Positions 9,428-18,112 of a stretch of DNA of 59,013 nucleotides are shown piece after piece. Each line of letters opens with the position of its first letter. Position 1 is the stretch's first letter. Location of the stretch: contig JAZQWS010000180.1 of the NCBI GenBank assembly GCA_045632465.1, positions 1 to 59,013 on the forward strand, given 5' to 3'. The stretch is from Eubacteriales bacterium. GTDB lineage: Bacteria > Bacillota > Clostridia > Oscillospirales > CAG-272. The position numbers and the translations under genes are program-made. Under the pieces are notes generated by a model, which saw only the letters and a program-made list of their open reading frames with translations, was not told the DNA's origin and did not search any database.

Positions 9428-10057
9428 ATGAAAAAGTTTTTAATCACCATGGGCCTTTGCCTCACCCTTTTGATTGCGGTCGCAATTCCCGCAGCCGCCA
9501 AGGAGGCATCTGCCGGAGCACCGCTTATCACAGAGGTTACAGAAGCGGAATCCGAAGGAGAGGATAATATCTTCCTCACGGTTTACGACGAGGTCACCTC
9601 GCACCTTCCCGAGCTCTTTTCCGCTCTTTCTCTGCTCGGTGCGGCCATCATCGCCTTCTGCTATAAAAGAGGTCTGCTTCCGCTTCTGAAAAACGGCATC
9701 GGGGCTATCGGATCTGCCGCCATGGATTGCGGCAAAAAGGCAGAATCTTATGCGGAAGAAAGCCGCAATCTTTGCGAAAAAGCAAATGATTCTATACATT
9801 TTATAACAACTTATATGAAAAAAATCGAAGAGGATCTCTATTCCTTGGATGAAAAGATCTCTGCCGTTTGCATGCAAAAGAAGGAAAAAGAAGTTATGCG
9901 CGAGCTGATGCACGGACAGATCGATATGCTGCTTGAGATCTTCCTCGCCTCCTCTCTGCCGCAATTTGAAAAGGATCGCGTTTGCAAGAAGGTGGAGGAA
10001 ATGAAGCGCTCGCTCAACGCGACAGACGAAACGGAGTGTGCTTATGCCAATGAATAA
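9428..10057 (+). CDS. secreted/membrane-anchored protein (signal peptide plus one TM helix, coiled-coil tail)
   Basis: Start chosen at 'MKKFLITMGLCLTLLIAVAIPAAA' with AAGAAAGGA upstream. A second hydrophobic helix is 'LFSALSLLGAAIIAFCY'. Confidence 0.5.
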   Translation: MKKFLITMGLCLTLLIAVAIPAAAKEASAGAPLITEVTEAESEGEDNIFLTVYDEVTSHLPELFSALSLLGAAIIAFCYKRGLLPLLKNGIGAIGSAAMDCGKKAESYAEESRNLCEKANDSIHFITTYMKKIEEDLYSLDEKISAVCMQKKEKEVMRELMHGQIDMLLEIFLASSLPQFEKDRVCKKVEEMKRSLNATDETECAYANE

Positions 10058-10424
10058 CGCGCCATCCGAAAGACCAAGACGCATCCCTCTTTTCCTCGGC
10101 TATCTTTTCTCGGTCGGCCTGCCGCTTGTGGCAACGCTCTCCTGCTTTCCGCTCTGGAGAGCGCGAGGCGCGGGCGCTGTGCTTTCGGGCGGAACGCTTC
10201 TTCTGATCGCGCTTTGCGCTCTTCCGCTCTTTCGGGCATTAAAGTCCTATTTGAAGAGCCCCTCCGTTTGGATGCTATGGCTTCTCGGGCTGATCTTCTT
10301 TTCGCTGATTTCCTGCATCATCACGGAGATGCGCGCAATCTGCCTTTTCGGATTGATCGGAAATCTGATCGGCGCGCTCTGCTTCCGCCTTGCGCGCAGA
10401 CGAGGTAACGCGCGTGATGAATGA
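10044..10424 (+). CDS. small polytopic membrane protein
   Basis: ACGGAG lies 7 nt before ATG 10044; the track uses GTG 10038. About four hydrophobic helices are visible. It overlaps the previous stop. Confidence 0.5.
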   Translation: MPMNNAPSERPRRIPLFLGYLFSVGLPLVATLSCFPLWRARGAGAVLSGGTLLLIALCALPLFRALKSYLKSPSVWMLWLLGLIFFSLISCIITEMRAICLFGLIGNLIGALCFRLARRRGNARDE

Positions 10425-11214
10425 GGCCGACAGCTTCTTGAACACCTCGCTTTCCTCCATTTCCAGAGGAAGGCAAAAGTTTTTCACGCATATCGGACTT
10501 TGGATCGCTCTGCTCGCGCTCCTGATTGCCGCCCTGGCCACCTTTACGAATATTTCCATTCTCTCGCTCTCAGCCGAGGCGCTGACGCTGACCGTTGCGA
10601 TCTACGCGGCAGTTACGGTGGTTATATTCTTTTCGTTGGCAGAGGAGGGGGAGCGCGCCGGGCGCGCCGAGGAGGCCTACAAGGAGGCCGAAAAAAGCTT
10701 GGATGCGGCCGTTTCGCAGATATCGCCCGCACAATACGAGAGGCTGGAGCGCTTCTGCCGCCGTTACACGGAGCAGGAGCTCAATGAGCGGCGGGCGCAC
10801 CTGCTTCTTGCCTACGGCATCGCAAGCGAGGAGAGCACGCGCCCTCAGGCCGCCGAGCGACAGCTGAAGCGGCTGAAGCCGATTCGGCTCAATGCCTTCA
10901 TGCTTCTCGGCAAAGCCCCCTGCAGTGCGGATTCCCCCTTGCACGATCCGCAAAGAAAAAGGAAGCATCGCCTTTTTCTGCGGCTCACGCCCTCGCTTCT
11001 TTGCACCTGCTTCGGCATCGGAATTGCCATCGGCGCGCGCGAGGCGCTGACCGCTTCCACCATTTTAGAGGGCGCTTTCAAGCTGACGGCGCTTCTCATC
11101 GTTGGTCTGCGAGGCTACGTGCAGGGGTATCTTTTCATCGGAGACTCGGAGATTCCCTTTATTCGCGCCAAGGCGCGGCTTCTGGAACGATTTCTTTCCG
11201 AAAAAAGCGAATAA
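10417..11214 (+). CDS. membrane protein with central charged/coiled-coil domain
   Basis: ATG 10417 overlaps the upstream stop (10422-10424). It has two N-terminal and two C-terminal hydrophobic helices flanking an Arg/Glu-rich segment. Confidence 0.5.
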   Translation: MNEADSFLNTSLSSISRGRQKFFTHIGLWIALLALLIAALATFTNISILSLSAEALTLTVAIYAAVTVVIFFSLAEEGERAGRAEEAYKEAEKSLDAAVSQISPAQYERLERFCRRYTEQELNERRAHLLLAYGIASEESTRPQAAERQLKRLKPIRLNAFMLLGKAPCSADSPLHDPQRKRKHRLFLRLTPSLLCTCFGIGIAIGAREALTASTILEGAFKLTALLIVGLRGYVQGYLFIGDSEIPFIRAKARLLERFLSEKSE

Positions 11215-11240
11215 AATTCAAAAAGGAAGAAACACTTCTA

Positions 11241-11269
11241 TTGACTTTACCCACACGTTATGGTAAAAT
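11241..11269 (+). promoter_or_regulatory. sigA-type promoter of cysK
   Basis: TTGACT (11241-11246), 17-nt spacer, TAAAAT (11264-11269) with TGg extended -10. Confidence 0.55.
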
Positions 11270-11301
11270 GCTTTCATAGAAATCACTCCATAGGAGGCCA
11301 T

Positions 11302-12234
11302 ATGAGAATTTTTGAAAATCTTGAGTCTGCCATCGGCGAAACGCCGCTCTTTTCGCTCTCCCGCTTGGAGAAGCGACTGGGACTTTCGGCAAGACTTTTT
11401 GCAAAAATGGAAGGCATGAATCCCGCAGGCTCTGCCAAAGACCGCGTGGCTCTGCAAATGATCCTCGGCGCGGAGGAACGCGGCGAGATCGCCCCCGGCG
11501 ACACCCTGATCGAGCCCACCTCCGGCAACACGGGCATCGGGCTTTGCGCCATCGGCGCGGCACGAGGCTATCGCGTTTGCATCGTTATGCCCGACTCCAT
11601 GTCGAAGGAAAGACGCCTTCTGATGGAGGCTTACGGCGCAGAGGTGGTTCTCACCCCCGGCGCACTCGGCATGAAGGGCGCGATCGAAAAAGCGGAAGAG
11701 CTGCGCGAAAAAACGCCCCGCGCCTTTATTCCCTCCCAGTTTGACAATCCCGACAACGCGAAGGCGCATTATCTGACCACCGGTCCGGAGATCTTTTCGG
11801 CCATGGAGGGAAAGGTGGATGCGCTCGTTTGCGGCATTGGTACGGGCGGAACGATCACGGGAACGGGCAGATATCTCAAGGAGCATTGCGAGAAGATCCA
11901 TATCGTTGCGGCTGAGCCTGCAGGCTCTCCCCTTCTCAGCGGCGGAACGGCAGGCGCACACGGCCTGCAGGGCATGGGCGCAAACTTTATTCCCGCCGTT
12001 CTGGATCGAACGGTTTACGACGAGGTGCTGACCGTGCGCGAGGAGGAGGCCTACGAAATGGCGCGCCTGCTTGCCACCTGCGAGGGGCTTCTTTGCGGAA
12101 TCTCCTCCGGCGCGGCACTCTCTGCCGCCGTTACTCTTGCGAAACGCGAGGAAATGAAGGGCAAGCAAATCGTTTTGGTGCTTCCCGACTCGGGCGAGCG
12201 CTATCTCTCCACACCCTTATATTGTAAAGAATAA
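11302..12234 (+). CDS. cysK: cysteine synthase A (O-acetylserine sulfhydrylase)
   Basis: PLP-enzyme motifs 'NPAGSAKDR', 'TSGNTGIGLC' and 'GIGTGGTITG'. TAGGAGG SD before 'MRIFENL'. Confidence 0.9.
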   Translation: MRIFENLESAIGETPLFSLSRLEKRLGLSARLFAKMEGMNPAGSAKDRVALQMILGAEERGEIAPGDTLIEPTSGNTGIGLCAIGAARGYRVCIVMPDSMSKERRLLMEAYGAEVVLTPGALGMKGAIEKAEELREKTPRAFIPSQFDNPDNAKAHYLTTGPEIFSAMEGKVDALVCGIGTGGTITGTGRYLKEHCEKIHIVAAEPAGSPLLSGGTAGAHGLQGMGANFIPAVLDRTVYDEVLTVREEEAYEMARLLATCEGLLCGISSGAALSAAVTLAKREEMKGKQIVLVLPDSGERYLSTPLYCKE

Positions 12235-12254
12235 ATAAATTTTTGAAAAAGGTC

Positions 12255-12283
12255 TTGCATTTTCAGAAAAAATATGATACAAT
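12255..12283 (+). promoter_or_regulatory. sigA-type promoter of secG
   Basis: TTGCAT, 17-nt spacer, TACAAT with TGa extended -10. Confidence 0.5.
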
Positions 12284-12335
12284 TTCTCTATAAGTATTTT
12301 TAAGGGCATCTATCGATGTTTAAGGTGATGAATTT

Positions 12336-12647
12336 ATGCTGAGTATTTTTAACTACATTCTTATGGCAATCCTTCTGGTTTGTGCAGTTTTCCTCGTTAT
12401 TGCAGTTCTTCTGCAGAAGACGAAGGAGGACGGTCTTTCCGGCGCGATCACCGGCGGTGCTGATACCTTCTACGGCAAGGACAGCGCAAATCACGGCGAC
12501 GTTGTTCTGAAGAAGTGGACCAGAATCGTTGGCATTATCTTCGCTGTTTGCGTTCTGGTTGTTTATATCATCCAGCCCGATTACGCGCAGACCGCGTCTG
12601 TTGGCTCCTGGAAGGAACTGACCGATTTCGCTGACATTTTTAAGTAA
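12336..12647 (+). CDS. secG: preprotein translocase subunit SecG
   Basis: Two TM helices with the 'LLQKTKEDGLSGAITGGADTFYG' loop typical of SecG. AAGGTGA SD. Confidence 0.8.
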   Translation: MLSIFNYILMAILLVCAVFLVIAVLLQKTKEDGLSGAITGGADTFYGKDSANHGDVVLKKWTRIVGIIFAVCVLVVYIIQPDYAQTASVGSWKELTDFADIFK

Positions 12648-12656
12648 AAAGAAAAC

Positions 12657-12705
12657 GAAAGCACTTATGGCGGCAGAAAGCAGCAGTAAGTGCTTTCTTT
12701 CATTT
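12657..12705 (+). terminator. intrinsic terminator after secG
   Basis: GAAAGCACTTA (12657-12667) pairs with TAAGTGCTTTC (12687-12697), followed by TTTCATTT. Confidence 0.6.
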
Positions 12706-12743
12706 CATAGAAAGCTTTCCATGGAAAACGATACGGAGGGAAC

Positions 12744-13220
12744 ATGGCAGAAAAGGAGATTCTTTTTTCGGCCGAGGACGAGCGCTTTATGCGGATGGCC
12801 ATCGACCTTGCAAAGCAGGCCGCGCTTGAGGACGAGGTGCCGATCGGTGCGGTGCTTGTTCACAAGGGCGAGGTGATCAGCCGCGCCTACAATCGCCGCG
12901 AACAAAACAAATGCGCCACCCATCACGCGGAGATCCTTGCCATCGAGGAGGGATGCCGCACGCTCGGCGGATGGCGGCTTCCGGAATGCACCCTTTACGT
13001 TACGATGGAGCCCTGTGCCATGTGCGCCGGCGCGATCGTGAACGCGCGCATCCCGCGCGTTGTTTTCGGCGTTCCCGACCTGCGCTTCGGCGCGTTCGGC
13101 TCGCTCTTCGATCTTTCTGCTCTTCCGACGAATCATAAGCCGCTCGTGGAGGGCGGGCTTCTGCGCGAGGAATGCCTTTCGCTCCTGCGCGCATATTTTA
13201 AGGAAAAACGCAAAAACTAA
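12744..13220 (+). CDS. tadA: tRNA adenosine(34) deaminase
   Basis: CDA zinc motifs 'HAEILAI' and 'PCAMCAGAI'. 158 aa. Confidence 0.9.
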   Translation: MAEKEILFSAEDERFMRMAIDLAKQAALEDEVPIGAVLVHKGEVISRAYNRREQNKCATHHAEILAIEEGCRTLGGWRLPECTLYVTMEPCAMCAGAIVNARIPRVVFGVPDLRFGAFGSLFDLSALPTNHKPLVEGGLLREECLSLLRAYFKEKRKN

Positions 13221-13242
13221 TCCCGATACATACGCAAAACGG

Positions 13243-13284
13243 CTCCTTACATATAAGCATTGGCTATATGTAAGGAGATTTTTT
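13243..13284 (+). terminator. terminator hairpin after tadA that also contains the SD of the next gene
   Basis: Perfect 13-bp stem: CTCCTTACATATA (13243-13255) with TATATGTAAGGAG (13265-13277), then ATTTTTT directly before ATG 13285. Confidence 0.7.
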
Positions 13285-14361
13285 ATGAAAATCACACAGG
13301 TGATCAGCGACGAAAACGTTGGCGGCGCGGGAATTCTCGTTTCCATGATTACGGAGGGACTCGCAGAGGAATTTGATTTTGAAATTATTCTGCCGCGCGG
13401 CTCGGCGCTGATTCCGCGCCTCCCGGCGGGGGTTAAAATCACGCCGTTTCCGATGCACGGCGGAAATGCGCCGCAGGACGTGCTTCGCTTTTACCGCTAT
13501 CTCAAGGAGAATCCCTGCGATATTCTGCATACGCACGCGGCCTTCAGCGCAAGGCTGGGCGGCGCTCTGGCGGGCACTCCGCGCCTTTATTCCACGCGCC
13601 ATTGTGCCATGAGCCGAAGAAACTTTCCTCCCTTCTACCAAAGCCTTTACAATCGGGTGACAACGCTGACCGTTGCCACCGCGGCGGCCGCCGCCGAGGA
13701 GCTGATGAAGGAAGGCGTTTGCAAGGAAAGCATACGGTTGATCTATAACGGAACAAAGGAACCGCCCAGGCTCTCCCCAAGCGAGAAAAAGGGGATCCTT
13801 TCCTCCATTGCGCTCACAGAGGAAAATATCATTCTCGGATGCGCAGGGCGGCTTGAGCGGGTGAAGGGGCAGGACGTGCTTCTTCGGGCGATGGCGATCC
13901 TTGCGCCGCGCTTTCCCTTGTTGCATCTTCTGCTCGTTGGCGATGGGAGCGAACGGGAGCGGCTTTCGGCGCTCTCCGCAAAACTCGGCATTTCCGACCG
14001 CGTGCATTTCACGGGCTACACGCCTGCGCCGCACGTTTACCAGAATCTTTTCACGCTGAATATCAATCCTTCGCGCGGGACGGAGACCTCCTGCCTTGCA
14101 ACCTCCGAATGCGCGGCGCTCGGAATTCCAACCGTTGCCTCGGATTTCGGCGGAAACCGCGAATGCGTGGCACACGAGGTCAGCGGTCTGCTTTTCCGAA
14201 GCGAGGATGCCGAGAGCCTTGCCGCCGCCATTGAAAAGGCCTTGACGGATGTGCGCCTTTTAAGGCTTTTGCGCAAAGGGGCGCGCAAGCGGTACGAAGC
14301 GATGTTCAGCCTTTCGCATATGCTGGAGGGCTATCGGAGGCTATATACAGAAAACAGTTGA
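13285..14361 (+). CDS. GT4-family glycosyltransferase
   Basis: Start 'MKITQVISDENVGGAGI'. The C-terminal half has a GT-B/GT4 signature ('GTETSCLATSECAALGIPTVASDFGGNRECV'). The track's extended N-terminus overlaps tadA and has no SD. Confidence 0.8.
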   Translation: MKITQVISDENVGGAGILVSMITEGLAEEFDFEIILPRGSALIPRLPAGVKITPFPMHGGNAPQDVLRFYRYLKENPCDILHTHAAFSARLGGALAGTPRLYSTRHCAMSRRNFPPFYQSLYNRVTTLTVATAAAAAEELMKEGVCKESIRLIYNGTKEPPRLSPSEKKGILSSIALTEENIILGCAGRLERVKGQDVLLRAMAILAPRFPLLHLLLVGDGSERERLSALSAKLGISDRVHFTGYTPAPHVYQNLFTLNINPSRGTETSCLATSECAALGIPTVASDFGGNRECVAHEVSGLLFRSEDAESLAAAIEKALTDVRLLRLLRKGARKRYEAMFSLSHMLEGYRRLYTENS

Positions 14362-14394
14362 CAAGCGACGCTCCTTTATGATAAAATAAAGGAT

Positions 14395-14913
14395 ATGAAA
14401 AAGGAATTTTTAGAGGGCGGCCGCGTTTGCAATGCACACGGCGTCCGTGGATTATTGAAGGCAGAGGCCTGGTGCGATTCACCGAAGGTGCTTGCGGCGC
14501 AAAAGCGCATTTTCTTCGCCGAAAAGGACGGCGCGATGAAGGAATGCAAGATCACTCGCGGCTCGGTTGCATCGGGATTCGTTCTGCTCGGCATCGAGGG
14601 CATCGAAACCCGCGAGGATGCCATTGCTCTCAAAAACAAGGTGTTTTACTTAAAGCGCGAGGATATTCCCGTGCCGGAGGGCGCATATCTGATCGCGGAT
14701 CTGATCGGTCTGCCCGTGATCGATATTGACAGCGGCCGCGTTTACGGCACGGTTTCCGACATCACGGATGTTCCGCGCGGACAAATGTATACGATTGAGA
14801 CCAAGACGGGCGAGGTGCTTTTCCCCGCCGTTAAGGAATTTCTGAAGGACATCCGCCCGGACGAGGGAATTTTTATCCGCCCGATCCCCGGCTTCTTTGA
14901 GGACGAAAAATGA
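14395..14913 (+). CDS. rimM: 16S rRNA processing protein RimM
   Basis: 'AHGVRGLLK' N-terminal motif and a PRC-barrel C-terminus. Overlaps the trmD start. Confidence 0.88.
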   Translation: MKKEFLEGGRVCNAHGVRGLLKAEAWCDSPKVLAAQKRIFFAEKDGAMKECKITRGSVASGFVLLGIEGIETREDAIALKNKVFYLKREDIPVPEGAYLIADLIGLPVIDIDSGRVYGTVSDITDVPRGQMYTIETKTGEVLFPAVKEFLKDIRPDEGIFIRPIPGFFEDEK

Positions 14914-15674
14914 AATTTGATATCATGACGCTGTTTCCGGATATGGTGAACACCGTGCTTTCCGAGAGCATTCTCGGGCGCGCGGCAGAGGCAGGGCACA
15001 TTCAGTTCCGCTGCCATAACATCCGCGATTTCAGCACGAACAAGCATCGCAACACGGACGACACGCCCTACGGCGGCGGCATGGGCATGGTTATGACCTG
15101 CCAGCCGATCTACGATTGCTTTCAGAGCATCCGCAAGGATTTTGCCGAGGGAGAGCGCGTGCGCGTGATCTATATGTCGCCGCGCGGCCGCGTTTTTCAT
15201 CATGAGGTGGCCAAGGAGCTTGCAACCTACGATCGCCTCGTTTTCCTCTGCGGGCATTACGAGGGCGTGGATCAAAGGATCATTGACGAGATCGTTGACG
15301 AGGAGCTTTCCATCGGCGACTACGTTGTTACCGGAGGAGAAATTCCCGCCTGCATCGTGACCGATGCGGTTTCCCGACTGCTGGACGGCGTTCTTTCGGA
15401 CGCGGAATGCTACGAGGATGAATCCATCGCAAGCGGAATCCTTGAATACCCGCAATACACCAAGCCCCGCGTTTTCATGGACAGAGCTGTTCCCGACGTG
15501 CTTCTCAGCGGCGACCATGCCAAGATCAAGCGATGGAGACTTGAACAATCCGTTGCCATCACGAGAGAAAGGCGCCCCGATCTTCTGGCGCTCCATCCGG
15601 AGGCAGAGGAGGCGCTCCTTCCTAAGAAGAAAAAGCGCGAGCGTCGCAAAACAGAGCCAAAAAGCGAAGAATAA
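14910..15674 (+). CDS. trmD: tRNA (guanine37-N1)-methyltransferase
   Basis: 'DIMTLFPDM', 'DDTPYGGGMGMVM', 'GHYEGVDQR' and 'SIGDYVVTGGE'. It carries a Lys/Arg-rich C-terminal tail. Confidence 0.93.
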   Translation: MKFDIMTLFPDMVNTVLSESILGRAAEAGHIQFRCHNIRDFSTNKHRNTDDTPYGGGMGMVMTCQPIYDCFQSIRKDFAEGERVRVIYMSPRGRVFHHEVAKELATYDRLVFLCGHYEGVDQRIIDEIVDEELSIGDYVVTGGEIPACIVTDAVSRLLDGVLSDAECYEDESIASGILEYPQYTKPRVFMDRAVPDVLLSGDHAKIKRWRLEQSVAITRERRPDLLALHPEAEEALLPKKKKRERRKTEPKSEE

Positions 15675-15711
15675 TTTACATATTGAATCATTTTAGAGAG
15701 AGGAGGGCCTT

Positions 15712-17553
15712 ATGGATCGCAAAATTCTCCATTCACTTTTAAATGGATACGAGCTCCCATCGCAGGATCTATCCGATGCTCGTATCAGCTACGGAAAAAC
15801 GTTTTACGCAAAGCAGATCAGCGGCACGCGTGCCACGCGCACCCCGCAGACCACGCGCCTGCGCCGCATCCTGCATCAGATCGGGCGCGCGATATATTTC
15901 ATTCCCTGCCGTGCCTTCGGCGCGTTCTTTCTTTCCTTCGGCCTCGTTACTCTTTTGTCTCACTTTGCCTACTACTATTTCTTTGAAGGCGGGCGCGACG
16001 TTTTCGTTCCCCTGGTGATCGGAATTCTTTCCACGATCCTATCCATTTTTCTTCTGGTTTCCGAAAAGCCGCTGGCGATCGCCCTGCAGGACGGAAGGCT
16101 CTCCGAATATCTTTTGTACGAGTTTTTCTGCTTCCGCCGCGTTTACCGCAATCGGCCGACGACCAAGGTTTCTCTCTTCGCCGCCGTGCTTCTCGGCTGT
16201 GTCTTTGCCGCGATCGGCTATTTTCTCACAACGCAGCTTCTCGTTACCGTGATGCTTGGCATCCTTTTCTTCATTCTTTCGATGTCATCGCCGGAATTTC
16301 CCTTTTACCTGACGCTCCTGCTCCTTCCCGTCATTCCGCTTTTTTCGCATCCGACGACGGTGCTTTGCACGCTGGTGCTGGTTTCCTTCTTCTCCTTTGC
16401 GCGAAAGGTTTACTCGGGAAACCGCGTTTTCTCCCTGGAGCAATACGATATTCTGATCTTTCTATTTGCCGCCTTCTATCTCCTGGCGGGAATTTTCCGA
16501 GGCGGAAGAGCCTCGCTTGAGACCGCGCTCGGCTTTGTGATCCTCGTTCTCGGCTACACGCTGGCAAGCAACCTGATCGCCAATAGCCGACACGCGCACC
16601 GCGCGATCGGCGCGCTCCTCTTCTCCGCCGTTCCCGTTTCGGCATACGGTATCTATCAATACGTGCTCGGCCTTGCGGAAAACAACTGGATGGACGAGGG
16701 CTTTGCGGGGCTGATCAGCGGGCGTATCGTTTCCACCTTTGATAACCCCAACATTTTAGCGGTTTATCTGCTTGCGATCTCGGTGATCTCCTTCGGCTTT
16801 CTTCTCGGAAGCGAGGGCGCCGCAAAAAAGACGCTTTACGGCATCTGCTTCTCTCTTGCCACTCTGGCCCTGATATTCACCTGGTGCAGAGGTGCATGGA
16901 TCGCGCTTCTGATCGCAATCCCCACTTATCTTTGCTTGCGCTTTTTCCGCCGCCCCGGATTTTTGATGACGCTCTTTATTCTTCTTCCTCTGGCGTTTCA
17001 TCTGATGCCCGAGGCTTTCCAAATGCGTCTGCTTTCGATCTTCGATCTCTCGGATTCCTCGATCGCATACAGGCTCTCGATCTTCCGCTCCTCCTTTGAG
17101 ATGCTCAAGGATCATCCGCTTCTCGGCATCGGCCTGGGGGCAGACACCTTCTACGAGCAATTTGCGATCTATGCGGAGGAGGGCGTTGTTGCGCCGCACA
17201 GCCATAACGTTCTTTTGCAGATCGGATGTCAGGCCGGCATTTTCCCGCTTCTGACCTTTGTTCTTCTCTTTCTCTCGCGCATGCGCCATCTTTCGATCTA
17301 CAGCCGATACATCCGCCGCGGATCGATGCGCACCGTTACCACATTCGGAACATTGGCGCTTTTTGCGCTCCTGATCTTCGGCATGACGGACTATATCTGG
17401 TTTGCGCCGCCGATGTATTATCTCTTCTTTGTTCTCTTTGGAATGGGAAGTGCTTCCCTGCGCATTGCGAAGGAGGAAGCGGATGACAGACTGAACTATC
17501 ACGGCGATGCAAGACGCGCGGATGCCTCGGTTATTGACATCACTTTGTCCTGA
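15712..17553 (+). CDS. O-antigen ligase/polymerase-like polytopic membrane protein
   Basis: 613 aa with more than 10 hydrophobic helices and a Wzy_C-like core ('TWCRGAWIALLIA', 'PHSHNVLLQIGCQAGI'). GGAGGG SD. Confidence 0.6.
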   Translation: MDRKILHSLLNGYELPSQDLSDARISYGKTFYAKQISGTRATRTPQTTRLRRILHQIGRAIYFIPCRAFGAFFLSFGLVTLLSHFAYYYFFEGGRDVFVPLVIGILSTILSIFLLVSEKPLAIALQDGRLSEYLLYEFFCFRRVYRNRPTTKVSLFAAVLLGCVFAAIGYFLTTQLLVTVMLGILFFILSMSSPEFPFYLTLLLLPVIPLFSHPTTVLCTLVLVSFFSFARKVYSGNRVFSLEQYDILIFLFAAFYLLAGIFRGGRASLETALGFVILVLGYTLASNLIANSRHAHRAIGALLFSAVPVSAYGIYQYVLGLAENNWMDEGFAGLISGRIVSTFDNPNILAVYLLAISVISFGFLLGSEGAAKKTLYGICFSLATLALIFTWCRGAWIALLIAIPTYLCLRFFRRPGFLMTLFILLPLAFHLMPEAFQMRLLSIFDLSDSSIAYRLSIFRSSFEMLKDHPLLGIGLGADTFYEQFAIYAEEGVVAPHSHNVLLQIGCQAGIFPLLTFVLLFLSRMRHLSIYSRYIRRGSMRTVTTFGTLALFALLIFGMTDYIWFAPPMYYLFFVLFGMGSASLRIAKEEADDRLNYHGDARRADASVIDITLS

Positions 17554-17598
17554 TAATGCAAATAATTCTTTTCAAAATCGCATATACTTCTATCAACA

Positions 17599-17645
17599 GG
17601 CAACGCGGATCAGACGATTTTCGCGTTGCCGTTTTCTTTTTCGAA
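17599..17645 (+). terminator. intrinsic terminator
   Basis: GGCAACGCG (17599-17607) pairs with CGCGTTGCC (17622-17630), followed by GTTTTCTTTTT. Confidence 0.75.
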
Positions 17646-17656
17646 GAGGTAAATTT

Positions 17657-18112
17657 ATGCGAATATACAAAAATGAGATCCGAATTTTTCGTCTGCTTTC
17701 CGTCCTTTTGGTCGCCGTGCTTTCGGCCGCTACTCTTCTTCCGAAGCAAGCCGCGCAAAGATCGGCAGAGGCGCAAGGCGGCTTTGTTTTGCGCCTTTCC
17801 GAGGTGGAGGAGGCATTTCTTTCGCACCTGCACGTTGGCGATCGGGTGGTGGATCGGCAGAGCCGATGCATTCTCGGCGACATTCTGGAGATACACACCG
17901 AGGAAAGCTATCGGGAAATCTTCTCGGAGGCAGACGGTGCTTTGGTTTCGGCACGCGTGCCGGAGCGCTTTGACCTGCTTTTAACGCTGAGTGCCAAGCG
18001 CGAGGACGGTACGCTTTTCACAGAGGACGGAATCCGACCGAAAATCGGGCAGATTTACTATTTCCGCACCTACGACTTCATCGGCACGGGGCGGGTTGTG
18101 GAGCTGATATGA
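17657..18112 (+). CDS. membrane-anchored protein, DUF4330-like
   Basis: Start 'MRIYKNEIRIFRLLSVLLVAVL' with AGAGGT as SD. N-terminal anchor plus a beta-rich domain. The family call is from memory and is tentative. Confidence 0.45.
   Translation: MRIYKNEIRIFRLLSVLLVAVLSAATLLPKQAAQRSAEAQGGFVLRLSEVEEAFLSHLHVGDRVVDRQSRCILGDILEIHTEESYREIFSEADGALVSARVPERFDLLLTLSAKREDGTLFTEDGIRPKIGQIYYFRTYDFIGTGRVVELI

Larger units (their letters stand above)
1..11214 (+). mobile_element. prophage-derived virion gene block (right-hand part; left end outside window)
   Basis: Fifteen co-directional, tightly packed or overlapping ORFs with portal-scaffold-capsid-tail order. The block ends at the cysK promoter. No integrase or att site is visible in the window. 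Confidence 0.55.

Noticed and set aside
13060-13284. Extended N-termini in the ORF track (13060, 17507, 18207, 21480, 36151, 42551, 51394, 9350, 8992, 7517, 11260, 36001)
   Set aside because: The extensions overlap the preceding gene or a structured leader, lack SDs, and are Arg/Ser/Pro-rich read-through of stop-poor frames. Internal SD-preceded starts give canonical N-termini such as MKITVYG for HPF and MIGYAFCGSFC for DpaB.
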